A stretch of DNA of 64,000 bases from the human T2T-CHM13v2.0 reference genome, Homo sapiens. The first letter of the stretch is position 1; each line of letters starts with the position of its first letter. Position numbers and translations under genes: made by a program. Below are positions 13,783-30,272 of this stretch, one piece after another. The stretch is from NCBI RefSeq assembly GCF_009914755.1, contig NC_060926.1, one strand, 5' to 3'. The notes beneath the pieces were generated by a model. It was not told where the DNA came from and did not search any database. It saw only the letters and a list, made by a program, of their open reading frames with translations.

Positions 13783-16583
13783 AAAGGGGTCCCTTGCAGA
13801 GCTCTCATATAAGAATTTATCTGTTTACAGTTTCTTGTTTATTTATTTGTGTTATTTACCCTCAACATTTAAAAAATCTAGGCAGTAGTTGGCAGCTGTG
13901 AAGGCCCTAAGTCTAGAGAACGATGGGTTGTTGTAAGCAGCTGAAATGAGGGGCAGCATGAACCAGAAGAGAGCCCAGTGGGAAGAAGTGGGGGAGTCTG
14001 GGTTATTCTGCCTGGGAACTTGCTTGCCTCTTTATAGAGCTGGATTTTATTCCCATGCAAGGGAAGGCTCGGGGAGTTTTAAAACCCAAGAGGGACCTAT
14101 CTGGAATCCTCCTTTCACAGTGCTCTCTGAGTGATCAGAATGGTTGTGGAGGAGAGGCTCCAGCAATCTGGTTGGGGAGTTAGATGCGCTGGGAACTCTT
14201 CTACGTGGTGTGTTTGTAGAGAAAACAGTCTATTTTAGTTTGTTTTGTTTTTTACTCGAGTTTATTTGGGGTGACTTCGGAGGGAGCTAATGGAAAGCCA
14301 TCTTAGGGTTTGGGCAAAAGCTTCCCCAAGCCACACCTTGGTCCTGATCCTGCTGTGGGACATGCAGAGAGTGGACAGAGGAGGGCAGCAACAGTGGATG
14401 CAGGAAGAGAGGGACAGGGTGCGAGCCTTGGCCCCAGCCTGGGCCCTGAGTCAGAGGAGAGGCGGTAGAATTGTGGATACAGGACCAGCTGACCTGACTC
14501 CTAGGGTCCAGGAAGTTTGTCAGCCTGGATCCCCACTGCACAGCGCAGAGCCTCGGCCATCACTCAGGAGGTCCCACCGCCTCCCTCCCCTTCTCCCTTT
14601 CCCCTTGCTCTGTCTCTTTTTTTAAAATTTCCCCCTCTGTCCTCTTACTTCCCCTTCTGAACAACCAAAAATCCCTCCTTCTTTTTACTCACACAGAATT
14701 TTAGGGATAATCTTTTGTTTCTCAAGAAAGCTTCTGGAGTCTTTTAAATTTATTTTTAAACAGCTTTATTGAGATATCATTGACATATAAAATTATATAT
14801 ATTTAAAATGTACAATTTGATGCTTTGATGCATGTATACATTGCAAAATGATCACTACAACCGAGCCCAGCTAATTAACATCGTATTACTTCTACATATT
14901 TACCATCTGTGAGTGTTGTATGTATGTGTGAGGGAATTAGATTAATTTAAAATCTCTCCTCCTGGCAAATTTCGTGGGTACAATGTTGTTAACTATTGTC
15001 ACCATGCTGTACAGTTGATCTCTAGAATTTATTTATCTTGCATAACAGAAACTTTCTGCCCTTTGACCAATATCACCTGATTTGCCCCTCCTTCTTAGCC
15101 CCAGCGACCACCGTGCTACTCTCTGACTTGATGAGTTTGACTCTTTTAGATTTCACATATAAGTGAGATAGTGCATTATTTCTCTTTCTGTGTCTGGCTA
15201 ATTTTGTTTAGCATAATGTCCTCCAGCTCCACTTACGCTGTGGAAAATGGCAGCATTTCTTTCCCCATTTTAAGGGTGAAAAATATTCCATTATAGGTAT
15301 GTACCACATTTTCTTTATCCATTGATCTCTTGATGGACATTAGGTAGTTTCCATATTTTGGCTATTGTGAATCATGCTGCAGTGAATGTGAGAATGCAGA
15401 TATCTCTTTGTGATCCTGATTTCAATTCTTTTGGACCTAAACCCAGAGGTGGGATTGCTGGATCATATGATAATTGTATTTTTGTTTTTTTTGAGGAACT
15501 TCTATACTGTTTTCCATAATAGCTATATCAACTTACCTTCCCACCAATAGTGTACAAGAGTTCGCCTTTTCCCACCTCCTTGCCAACACTTATCATCTGC
15601 CTTTTTGATAATAAGCGTCGTAACAGGTGTGAGGTATGGTCTCATTGTGGTTTTGATTTGTATTTCCCTGATGATTAAGTGTTGAGCACCTTTTCATATA
15701 CCTGTTTGACATTTGAATTTTTTCTTTTGAGAAGTGTCTAAGTTTTTACCCACTTTTTAATCAGTTTATTTGTATTTTTGGTATTGAGTTGTATGAGTTC
15801 CCTATGTATTGTGGATATTAGGTGCTTACTGATAAATGGTTTGTAAATCTCTTTTTCCCACTTCATAGGTTGCCCTTTTATTTAATTTATTGCTTCCTTT
15901 GTTGTGAAGAAGGTTTTGTTTTACATAATCCCACTTGTTTGTTTTTGCTTTTCTTGTCCTTGCTTTTGGAGTCATATCCAAAAAAATCATTGCCACGACC
16001 AGAGTCAAGAAGGTTTTCCCCTATGCTTTCTTCTGGGAGTTTTACAGTTTCAAGTCTTATGTTTAAGCCTTTGATCCATTTTGAGTTGATTTTTGTGTAT
16101 AGTCTGAGATAGGGGTCCAATGTTATTCTTTTACATGTGGATATCCAGTTTTTTCAACACCATTTATTGAAGACTTTCCTTTCCCCACTGATGCCTTTGG
16201 AGAAATCAGTTGGCTATAAATATGTGAATTTATTTCTGGGCACTTTATTCTATTCCATTGGTCTATAGTCTGTTTTTATGTCAGTACCGTACTGTTTTGA
16301 TTACTTTAGCTTTGTAATATAATTTGAAGTCAGGAAGTGTGATGCTTCCAGCTTAGTTCTTTTTGCTCAAGATTGCTTTGGCTATTCAGAATCTTCTGTG
16401 GTTTTATATAATTTTAGGATTGTTTTCTCTATTTCTTTAAAAAAAAAGCTCATGGAATTTTGATAGGGATTGCATTGAATCTGTAGACTTCTTTGAGTAG
16501 AATGGATATTTTGGCAATATTCATTTTTTCAATCCATGAACATGGGATGTTTTTCCATTTATTTGTGTCTTTTAAAATTTCCT

Positions 16584-16899
<316 letters not shown>

Positions 16900-17089
16900 T
16901 TATAATTTCCAGTGTACCAGTCTTTTACTTCTTTGTTAAATTTGTAAGAATTTTATTCTTTTTGTTACTTATATTAATGGATTGTTTTCATAATTTCCCT
17001 TCTAGATAGCTCTTTGTTGGTGTATAGAAATGCCATTAATTTTTATGTGTTGACTTTGTATCCTGCAAATATACTGAATTTATTTATGA

Positions 17090-17388
<299 letters not shown>

Positions 17389-19505
17389 AGTCCTAACAGT
17401 TTTTTTTTGTGTGTGTGAGTGTGTGTGTGTGTGTGTGTGTGAGTGTGTGTAGTCTTTAGGATTTTCTTCATATAAGATTATGTTATATGCAAATAGAGAT
17501 AATTTTACTTTCTTCTTTGTTATTTAGATGCCTTTTCTTTTCTTTTTTTCTTGTCTGATTTCTCTGGCTAGAACTTGTCATGCTATGTTAAATAGCAGTG
17601 GTGAGAATGGGCATCCTTGCCTTATTCTTGATCTTAGAGAAAAAGCTTTCAATTTTACCCCATTAAATATGATTTTAGTTGTGGGTTTTTTCATATATGG
17701 CCTTTATTGTGTTGTAGTAAGTTCCTTCTATATCGATTTTGTTGAGAGTCTTTTTTTTTCTTTTATCATGAAAAGGCCTTGAATTTTGTCAACTACTTTT
17801 TCTGTATCTATTGAGATGATCATGTGGTTTTTGTCTTTCATTCTGTTAATGTAGTGTATCACACTGATGAATCTTCATATTTTGAACCACCCTTGCATCC
17901 CAGGGCTAAATACCCCTGGGTGGTGGTGTCTTCACGGATCCTTTTAATATGCTCTGAAATTCAGTTTGCTAGTATTTTATTGAGATTTCTGTATCTATGT
18001 TCCTCAGGAACATTGGCCTATAGTTTTCTTTTCTTGTGTTATCTTTTTCCGGCTTTGGTAAAAGAACAATGCTGGCCTCACACAATGAATTTGTACTTGT
18101 TCCCTTTTCTATTTTTTGGAAGAGTCTAAGGTTTGGCATTTGTTCTTCTTTGACTGTCTGCTAGAATTTACCAGTAAGCCATCTGATTTCCCAGTAAGCC
18201 ATCCTGGGCTTTTCTTTGTTGAAAGCTTTTTGATTGCTGATTTTCATTTTCTTCATTTGTTGTTTGTCTGTTCAGGCTTTGTATTTCTTCTTGATTCAGG
18301 TCTTTGTAAGTTGTACATTTCTGGGATATTTCCATTTCTTCTAGGTTGTCCACCTTGTTTGCATATAATTGTTCATACTAGCCCCTTCTGATCCCTTTCA
18401 TTTCTATGCCCTCTGTTGTAAGGTTGTCTTTCTCATTTCTGACTGTATTTATTTGTATCTTCTTCCTTTTCTTAAAAGGTTTGTTGATTTTGTTTATCTT
18501 TTCAAAAAACCAACTCTTACTTTCAATGATTTTTTTTCCCATTGTTTTTCAACTCTCTTTTTTAAAAATGTATTTTGCTCTTGGAGTTTTTGCTCTACTT
18601 TAAACAGCTTACTAAAGTCATTTTACTATTAACAAATACAAGGCTCTTTCAAAAGCTCCTATAGGGAATACAAAATTTCCCCATCTCCTTATACCAGAAA
18701 ACAAAGTTATTTACAATTCATCTTAAGTCTGTAAGTATGGATCTTACTATGCCTTATTTATTTTAGGAAGCCGTTAGCACTTATAGTTTCATTTTTTTCT
18801 TTTATTTTTAAACAGTTAAAGTAAAAGGTTACTACTGGAATTAAGCTCAACTTAAATACAGATTTTTTTCTTGAGTGAGTGATAAAGCAAATTAGAAACC
18901 AAACTGTACAGAAATTGCTTTTAGCAAATGTAGTAATATGACATGTAATTTAAAATGACTTCATGTATCTTTTGTAATAAATTTGTGAAACATGCATGGA
19001 TCAAGATTAATTTCATTATGCCTCTTACTTAAATTGTCTGCTGTTTTTGTGTGTGTGGGGAAATCTTTTATTTGCAAAAATTTGATTTCTTAGTATCACA
19101 TTATTTTTATTAGTATTATACTTTTACCAAAGCAAAACTTAATTAGTATCTTATACTTTTATTAATGTTAGTTACATAGAACATTATTCTTTTTACATAT
19201 TACTTGTTTGTATTATTGCAATCTATTATTTCTGTTTGGGAGCACTAATGATTTGGATCTGAGTAAAGTTAATATTAATTGGTTTACTAATTGGTTACTA
19301 ATTGCTAGTGATATGATTTCAGAAAGTAAGCAATGATCAGGATCTGAAATATCACATGCCACTCTCATTCTGCCTTATTTTAGATGTGCCATGCTTGCTA
19401 TTTAGTAGACATGTCTGTTTCTTAGAAAAGGCACAGAGCGATAATTTAAAAATGAAAGTTGGAAAATTTATCTTAAGATGAGTTCTATTTTTTTCTCTTT
19501 CCAAG

Positions 19506-19556
19506 CTTAATGATCTCAAGGGTCTTCTGAAAGAGATTGCTAATAAAATCAAATAA
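19506..19556 (+). CDS. TRPM8: TRPM8 last coding segment (exon 19506-19598, probably exon 25)
   Basis: ttttctctttccaag|c acceptor. Encodes LNDLKGLLKEIANKIK* (TAA 19554-19556), the TRPM8 C-terminus. The exon continues to the aag|gtgagt donor at 19598. Confidence 0.97.
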   Translation, partial: LNDLKGLLKEIANKIK

Positions 19557-22243
19557 AACTGTATGAACTCTAATGGAGAAAAATCTAATTATAGCAAGGT
19601 GAGTCATTCTAATAGCTTTTTACTTTGCTCTGAAGATTTGCATCTTTTAAGACTAATTTAAGATCATGATTTTTTCCTCAGTTATTTTATTTCCATAAAT
19701 TACCAAATTTGAAAATAATGCATTGTGCAAAAAAAAAAAAATACAGAGATAGAGAAAGAACAAGTTGAAGTTCCTCCTCACATTACCTTCCCTACCAATT
19801 TTGCTGCCCACACCAGGGATTAGCATTGCTACGAGCAGGGTGTAAGTATCTTGTCCTGTAGGACCTTTTAAAACACTTGCAACCTATGCAGCTATTTTGG
19901 CATGAATTGAAACAAGGTCACACTGTTCCAAGTTCTGTTATTTTTTGATCTTCCTTAATTCTGTATCATGAATGTATTTACAGATCAGCACCCAAAGATG
20001 TCTTATTCTCATGATATTATATTTATTACTATGAATATACAAATATGTTAATCATCTTTTTACTAACAAAAAATGTTTTGGTGAGGCATTCAAGGTTTTT
20101 AACAATAGCTCTTTTGCACAATAAAAATGCAATTCAATTAACTGACAAAATTTAACCCAAGGCTTTGCTCCATGGTCTTACCGTTTGCTTTTATTATGTT
20201 TTCTCATTACCTGTCCAAATCTTGAAACCAAATGTTAGGAATGTTTTATGGACACGTCGAGTTAGGAAAAAAACAGCAATGGGCATTCCACTGGATTAGA
20301 ATTTTTTTTTTTTTTGAGAAAGCAAATTGCAAGGAATGGAAACATAATTAAGAATTCTCTTCTTTCTCCTTCCTCTCTTCCCTTCCTTCCATGAGTATTT
20401 ATTGAGTACCTGCTCAGTGCTCAGAACTGTGCTGGCCCTGGCACTGACCTCATACACTGACCACTGTCTATGCATTAAGTACTTAAGCTGCAGAAATTCC
20501 TATTCATGGGGTGATTGTGCTATAGGGGAAATCATGTTGCATTAGGTTCCTTTCAATCTTTCTGGTCTCAGAGTTCTTTTCCTTGGGTTCTGACAGTTAT
20601 AGCTCATATTAAAAAGCACTGTATTATGGAGGGCTTTGTTAGAGCAAGACTGATGCACATTTGATGTAATCTGAAAGGGAGGTACAGCCTTCTGACGTGC
20701 TCAAGAAAATAAGCCTTGCATATTAAGGGAGAACTTATTTCAACTTTTTCATAATCGTATTTAATGAAAACACTATTAAACCTTATAATAAATTACAATT
20801 TGGGTTTTGAAACACATGCCATCTTGTTTAGTTTATCTGCTGAAATATAGAAACAAAATCAGCAACAGATAGAACAACTAAAATGATACAAATCTAAAGG
20901 TGATTAAAGAGTTGTAATAATCAGAAGAGAGTCAGATTCAGACACGCACATCCCCCTCCTAAATATCCAGTCTTCTCATCTCTCATTCTTTCTCAAATGT
21001 GCTGACTGTGAGTAAAACGGGCAGACAGACTGATTTCCTATCAACTCGCCCTTTCTTTAACCTTAAACTTTTATTAACATATTGAGAATTAAGTAACTGA
21101 TGAATGAAAGGGAACTAAGAGAAGGACATCACTTATTTTGTGTGTGTGTGTGGGTGTAGACATTTGCATCTACACAGAAAAAAAAAGAGGAGCAAAAGAG
21201 CCCATGAGAAAACAGGTGTCCCCAAAATTCAGAACCACTGGTGGCCTCAGAGACAACAAATTTGGCATGTCCAACTTTTTGTATGCTTTTTACTTCTAGA
21301 TATAAGATCATTTTTTTGAATGTTGTGTTTGTCATATCCTTAAGAACATCACTGAAAATATAACTTTATAGGCAACCAGCTAGGTATGCTCTGCCAGTGT
21401 CTCCTTAGGCTTCTTTCTCTAGAGGGGTGAGGGTAATCCTTCCCTGGGGTAGTGGCCAGGGAAGACAGTGTCAGTCTCTTGTGGGAGTGAACTGGAAACC
21501 GTTTGACCTAGGCGAGGAGCTGACCCTGGGGGCAAGCCTGTACCAATTCCCCCATCTCCATCCTTGAATCAACCTTTGATCCCGGAACTTGGGATGAAAT
21601 AAACAGATAATTGTCTATTTTTTTTCCTTCTCTTACACCAAAGTTGAAAGGAAGTAAGAATCCAGGGTGAGAGCAAGCCATTTGTTTTCTCCTATTTTTA
21701 TACTTCAGCAGTGGGCACCCTCCCTGAAGACTATGGGAATAGACCTTACTTTAAGGAAGGTCCCTGGAAGTTGTTCATTTCCTGCATAATAGTCCGTTGA
21801 TTCTTGCATTTGCTGCACTTACGTTCTAGTTCATTAAAAGAATCTAGGCTGTTCCTTGGGGGACTCATCAAAAACCCACATTTTTATGTTATTTCAGTTT
21901 TAATTCAGTTTTTAAAAATTTATGCAGAAACCACTGAGCAAATAAAATGCTCAGAAACATTCTGGGTTTTAACCTAGATTGAATGAGTTTGAATGAGTTG
22001 AGCCTTGATCATTCAACCTTAGTCACGCAGCTCACACCGATAAACTGGTCAGAATACACATCTTTAAGAGAAAAAAACATTCTCAGAGCTGCTTCTATAA
22101 AAAAAAAAATCTCTCAACTTTGGTGGTATATTTGGATCTATTCCCAGTATATTCCCAGTATATTTTGAAGCAAACCATATCCTGCCTGAGAATGGAAGTG
22201 GGAAATCTATTCTTAACACAGTGTTCTTTCTTTGTTTTTACAG

Positions 22244-24460
<2,217 letters not shown>

Positions 24461-24485
<25 letters not shown>

Positions 24486-24523
24486 TGTTGCTTTTGTCAT
24501 TTTATTGAGAGTGACAAAATAAA
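24461..24523 (+). terminator. TRPM8 polyadenylation signals
   Basis: AATAAA at 24461-24466, then GU/U-rich tgtgttgcttttgtcatttt, and a second AATAAA at 24518-24523. Confidence 0.75.
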
Positions 24524-26544
24524 ATTCCTTAATTCGGTCAGATTCACTTCTATAGGGATTTGGTTCCCAGAGTTACATGAACTGACTTCTCTAAGCAGAT
24601 GACTAGAGCATTCTGATTAAATGCAAGCAAATGAATTCCCCCCTCTGGTTCTGGTTCTTGTCAACATGGCCAGATCTGAATTCTGTGGCCCACTTTTTGG
24701 TTTCCCCCAAGTCAGGCATCCATCTGTAGCCCCGGGGACTCCAGATTCATTGACTCAGAGCCACCCCAATGTGTCATGGGGCTTTTTTGAGGCCTCATGT
24801 GGGCTCACAGACAGGTGCTCCTGCTCTATGTTGGGGTCAACACGAATGTTGATTGTCCACAAACCACTTGACAATGGAGCTTCGGGCCCAGCAAAGGACA
24901 TGATTCCCTTGTTGTAGGCATTGTCTCCGGAGTGTTCCTGGGCCCTCCTGCTCCAAACACACATTCATTCCAGGAAGAATCTGGGAAATGTCTCTTTTCC
25001 CATGCTGCTGCTGCTTGGTCCACCTGGGGACTGAAGTGTGTTGTTGTCATGGATACAGTTGCTGGCGCAGCCTCAGTCTCAAAATAAAAGGCTTGAAAGT
25101 CAGGGTTGAGCTGGTGCTGGATACGGGGAGCACACATCCCACTGACCTTCCCAACCCGAACTCAGGTATGAGCAGGTGAGCCTTTATTCCCCTGAAGATA
25201 GAAATCTTTATGGGAAAAGTGACAGTAGCTGGCCTACCTCATTTGTTTATCAGACCCAAACAGGCATCTCTGAACCACAATTAATTTAGTGGGAGTCAGT
25301 TGGGGCTTAGGGTACTACACATACACATTTATAGCATCAAATTTTTAAAATCAGTTTGTTCCCTACAAAAATCTTATCTGACAAGAAGAAATTTCCCTTC
25401 TTCTTTTATATGTGTAACATGTAACATGTTGTTACTAAATGTTGACTTTGGGCACTTCTTTGGCTATAAGAATGGTTCAAAATAAGTGAAAGGGATTGGT
25501 AGCCTGCGCCTTCCATCATTTTACAATCTGTTTGAATAGTTGAGGTTAATTTAAGCAATGAAATTAACACTACAAGGCAGAATTCCAAGTGCGTGTGTAT
25601 CTTTATTCTGCAGATCCACATACAGAATAAGGAGATTCTCCTGTGTGGGGTAGAGGATGAGGGAAGTGCCTGGGGACACTCATCTTTGCTTGTGAAATAA
25701 GACAGAGAACATTGGCTTCTCCTGAATTCCTCCCAAGGAGACCAGTCTTGTATTTGTAGAGCAGAACTGCCCCAAGAAACTCCTCAAGGTAGAGGGCAAG
25801 ACACAGGTGGCTGCACGTGGTCACTAACGGCGGTGCATTAGTCAAGTGGGATGCATTTGAAGTTGCTGGGAAAATATTGAGGAGGATTCAGGGAGACTAA
25901 GAACAGCAAAAAGGGGCAGGCTAGAGGAATGTGTTAGGGGGAGTGTGTTTTGAGGACCCTTTCCCTGGGATGGTACAAATCTTCAGAAAATAAATACACA
26001 AATTAAAGCACTTGTATCATCAGAACACCCGTGACCTTCTAGAACATGGAGCATGGCATGCCTGCGAGCCCCCCACAGCCCCCCATCATGCTAGATTGCA
26101 GCAAGATCCTTCCATCCAAGTTCTCACCTCTCCCATTGATTCTCAACACTGCTCTGGGGGTATCTTTCTGAAATGCAAGATGGAGCCAACCATTCCCTGC
26201 TCACAAGTCTTCAGAGATTCCCTATGTACTAACTCCTGCCTAACTTCTAATATGGGGCTCATGGACAGCAGCGGCCTGGCCCTTACCTCTGCAGATGCAT
26301 CCTAGAGTCCTCCCTGCCTAGATCCCAAACTTCGAAGACAGCCGTCTGGGCACAGACTTCATGCCAACTGCCAGTGTGGCCCTCCTGTCCTGAGCTGAGT
26401 GGCATGTTCCCCTTTGACACTTCCCACCACCTACTGCCCAGCACTCTTTGCCAGGGGAAAACCAAACCACTTGTGTTGGCCACTCTTCCCCATGGCTTTC
26501 CCCTATCCTTTGTTTTATTCCTCTAGGGGTTTCCTAAAAGGAGG

Positions 26545-26750
26545 CAGCATAGTGCTATAACTCAGAACTGCATCATTGTTCGAAAGCTCTGCGACTTTGA
26601 AAAGGTTATATGAGTTTTCTGTGCCTTGGTTTATGCATCTGTAAAATGACCCTTCTTCCTCAGAGGACTGAGAGGATTCCATGAGATAAGTTGAGAAGTC
26701 CCTAGATCCAGGGCTGGCCCTTTATAACTGCTCAGTGAATGTTAGCTGTC
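26545..26750 (+). mobile_element. MIR SINE
   Basis: ggcagcatagtg...tctgtgccttggttt...catctgtaaaatg...aatgttagct. Confidence 0.6.
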
Positions 26751-27438
26751 CCCATCACCACCATTTTCAGCTGTTCTCTCTGGCTAATGTCTCTTCCACC
26801 TGTCTCTTTGGCAAACTCTTATTTTACCGTCAGGGCCCAACTTGAGAATCACCTCTTCCTGCAAGCCTGCCTTGATCCTCTGCTCCCAGAGCAACCTCTG
26901 GTAGCTTTGTCCTATGAGGGCTTCCTGGCTCTTCCACTCATGGCACGTGTAGAAAATAGAACCTGTAGGTCACCTGGTGCTGGACAAGGACTTCTCTTAG
27001 TCACAGGCCCTGGCTGGACCCTACTTAGTGGCTAAGTGCCTTGACACCCCTGTAGTCAATTCATGGTCAGGCAGCTGTGATGATCAACTCCCATCATGAT
27101 CTGTTTATGTGTCTCCTCCCTTCACTGGACTGGGAAGTTCTTGAGGGAAGAGACTTTTACTGGTTTGTTTAACTCGTTACACCCAGACAGTGCCTGGTCT
27201 GTTGCAGGAGTTGGATGGGATATTTATGTGGTTGAACTGAGCTCTTCTTCACCATTCTCCAAAGTGCTGTATAATTTCTTTATTCATGTTCCTTCTTCTC
27301 TCTTGCCTAGTTGAAATATTATTTGTAATTAAGCACCTTTGCACCCTTTCCTTGCAATCCCAGGCAGAGGCCACAAGTCCTGCCCCATGTGAGGACAGAC
27401 CCCTATTTACAAACTTGACTTCAGCCCTTGCTGGTCAT

Positions 27439-27896
27439 TGTATAGGGGACTCCAGATAAACAGAAACAATACATTTATTATGAGGAACTGGCTCACATGA
27501 TGATGGAGGCTGTGAAATCCCACAGTCTGTCATCTGCAAGCTGGAGACCCAGGAAAGCTGGTAGTGTGTAATTCCAGTCTGAGTCCAAAGGCCTGAGAAC
27601 CACAAGCATTGATGGCGCAAGTCCCAGTCCAAAGGCAGAAGATCAATGTCTCAGCTCAAAGTCAGGCAGAAATAGAGAATTCAGCCTTCCTCAACCCTTT
27701 TGTTCCATTCAGGTCCTCCATGGATTGAGTGATACCCATCCACACTGGGGAAGGAAATCTGCTTTATTGAGTCCACCAATCCAAATGCTAATCTCATTCT
27801 GAAACACCTCCACAGACACACCCAGAAATAAAGCTTAACCACATATCTGGGCACCCCATGACCCAGTCAAGTTGACACATGAAGTTAACCATCACA
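27439..27896 (-). mobile_element. MLT2 (ERVL) solo LTR
   Basis: gaggaactggctcacatg...ccagtcaagttgacacatgaagttaaccatcaca. Confidence 0.85.
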
Positions 27897-28186
27897 GCTC
27901 TGTCTCCCCAACTCCCGATTAGGAGCTCTTGTGGGACAAAGCCCTGGACATTTGTACCAGTTCACACACGTATGCATTTAGACATATAAACTGTGTGCCA
28001 TAATGTGCTTAGCTATAACCTAAACCTATTGTCATGGAATTACAATCCACATGGAAAGCCAGGTCCAAGCTAGTTGCAGGCATGAGCCATGAACTGTGAT
28101 GGGGGTTTGAGTGCAAGGACTTTAGGGGAGCAGGTAGGAGGGGGTCACAACCTGGCTATGGGAGAGAAGGCAGGAAGGCATCCCAG

Positions 28187-29810
28187 TGTGTCCAGAATTG
28201 GTGGGTTCTTGGTCTCACTGACTTCAAGAATGAAGCCACAAACCCTCGCGGTGAGTGTTACTGTTCTTAAAGGCAGCATGCCCAGAGTTTGTTGCTTCTG
28301 ATGTTTAGATGTGCTTGGAGTTTCTTCCCTCTGGTGGGTTCATGGTCTCGCTGGCTCAGCGGTGAAGTTACAGACTTTTGCGGTGAGTGTTATAGCTCTT
28401 AAGGTGGCGAGTCTGGAGTTGTTCGTCTCTCCCGGTGGGTTCGTGGTCTCGCTAGCTTCAGGAGTGAAGCTGCAAACCTTTGCAGTGAGTGTTAACAGCA
28501 CATAAAGGCAGTGTGGACCCAAAAAGTGAGCAGCAGCAAGATTTACTGCAAAGAGTGAAAAAACAAAGCCTCCACAGCGTGGAAGGCAACTAAGCGGATC
28601 GTCCCTGCTGACTGGGGCAGCCTGCTTTTATTTCCTTATCTGGCCCCACCCACATCCTGCTGATTGGTCCACTTTACAGAGAGCCGATTGGTCTGTTTCA
28701 CAGAGAGCTGATTGGTCCGTTTTGACAGGGTGCTGATTGGTGCATTTACAATCCCTGAGCTAGACACAAAAGTTCTCCACCTCCCCACTAGATTAGCTAG
28801 ATACAGAGTGTCCATTGGTGTATTTACAAACCCTGGCTAGACACAGAGTGCTGATTGGTGCATTTACAAACCTTGAGCTAGATACAGAGTGCCAATTGGT
28901 GCATTCACAATCCTTTAGCTAGACATAAAGATTCTCCAAGTCCCCACCAGATTAACTAGATAGAGTGCTGATTGGTGCATCCACAAACCCTGAGCTAGAC
29001 ACAGGGTGCTGATTGGTGTGTTGTTTACAAACCTTCAGCTAGATAAAGAGTGCTGATTGGTGTGTTTACAAACCTTGAGCTAGATATAGAGTGCTGATTG
29101 GTGTATTTACAATCCCTTAGCTAAACATAAAGATTCTCCAAGTCCCACTAGACTCAGGATCCCAGCTGGCTCCACCCAGTGGATCTCACACCAGGGCCAC
29201 AGGTGGAGCTGCCTGCCAGTCCTGCGCCGTTCGCCTGCACTCCTCAGCCCTTGGGCGGTGGATGGGATTGGGCGCCGTGGAGTGAAGGGGGTGGCACTCA
29301 TCGGGGAGACTCAGGCCGGGCAGGAGCCCACGGCGGGCGAGGGGGCAGACTCAGGCAAGGCGGGCTGCAGGTCTCGAGCCCTGCCTGGTGCGGAGGCAGC
29401 TAAGGTCCAGCGACAAATCAAGCGCGCGGGCTGGTGGACCAGCACTGCTGGGGGACCCAGTGCACCCTCTGCAGCTGCTGGCCTGGGTGCTAAGCTCCTC
29501 ACTGCCTGGGCCGCAGGGCCGGCTGGCCGCTCCGAGTGCAGGGCCCACCAAGCCCACGCCCACCCGGAACTCTAGTTGGCCCGCAAGCGCTGTGCGCAGC
29601 CCCGGTTCCTGCCCGTGCCTCTCCCTCCACACCTCCCCGCAAGCCAAGGGAGCCGGCTCCGGCCTCGGCCAGCCCAGAGAAGGGCTCCCACAGTGCAGCG
29701 GCAGGCTGAAGGGCTCCTCAAGCACGGCCAGAATGGGCGCCGAGGCCGAGGAGGCACCGAGAGCGAGCGAGTGAGGGCTGTGAGGGCTACCAGCACGCTG
29801 TTACCTCTCC
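28187..29810 (-). mobile_element. LTR12C (ERV9) solo LTR
   Basis: TGTGTCCAGAATTGGTGGGTTCTTGGTCTCACTGACTTCAAGAATGAAGCC at the left end and CCAGCACGCTGTTACCTCTC at the right end. Tandem ~41-bp units with about 11 ATTGG (CCAAT) boxes, a CpG-rich U3 segment and a 4-bp TSD CCAG. Confidence 0.95.
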
Positions 29811-30272
29811 CCAGGACCCAGCTAAGGGATAAATAGCACTTATCACGGAGGAGTGTTTGAAGCAAATGGAACACGTATGGGCTAGTGGTGGAGAGCACAG
29901 GTTTGAACTGGCTTGCCTGGGCTCAAATCCCGCCTCTGAAATATGCTGGGACCCTTGCCTGGCATGCAGTCCGTACTCATAAAATGTTAGCTCTTGTAGC
30001 TACATGTCACTTACCAACTTTTAAAATCTGTGTTTTGGGCAAAATGTTTCACAGTTATCCTGTGAAATTTGCCTTCACATGTCAGGAATGATTTTGCCTG
30101 AGAAAAATGAAAACAAGCCAATTGCCTTCAGGGAGCTGCACCTGTGGGGTAAAGACCCCAGGGAGGCTTCCTACAGGGACACAGGAGACCCCTGCATAGG
30201 GTGTGGGTATTAAAGTGCATCTGCCACCCTCAACCCCAAAGTGGATTTTCCACCCAGTATAGTGCTTTTTTT

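Noticed and set aside
29107-29898. Dense overlapping GC-rich ORFs resembling a CpG-island gene
   Set aside because: They lie almost entirely within the GC-rich U3 of LTR12C, where stop codons are scarce because of base composition.
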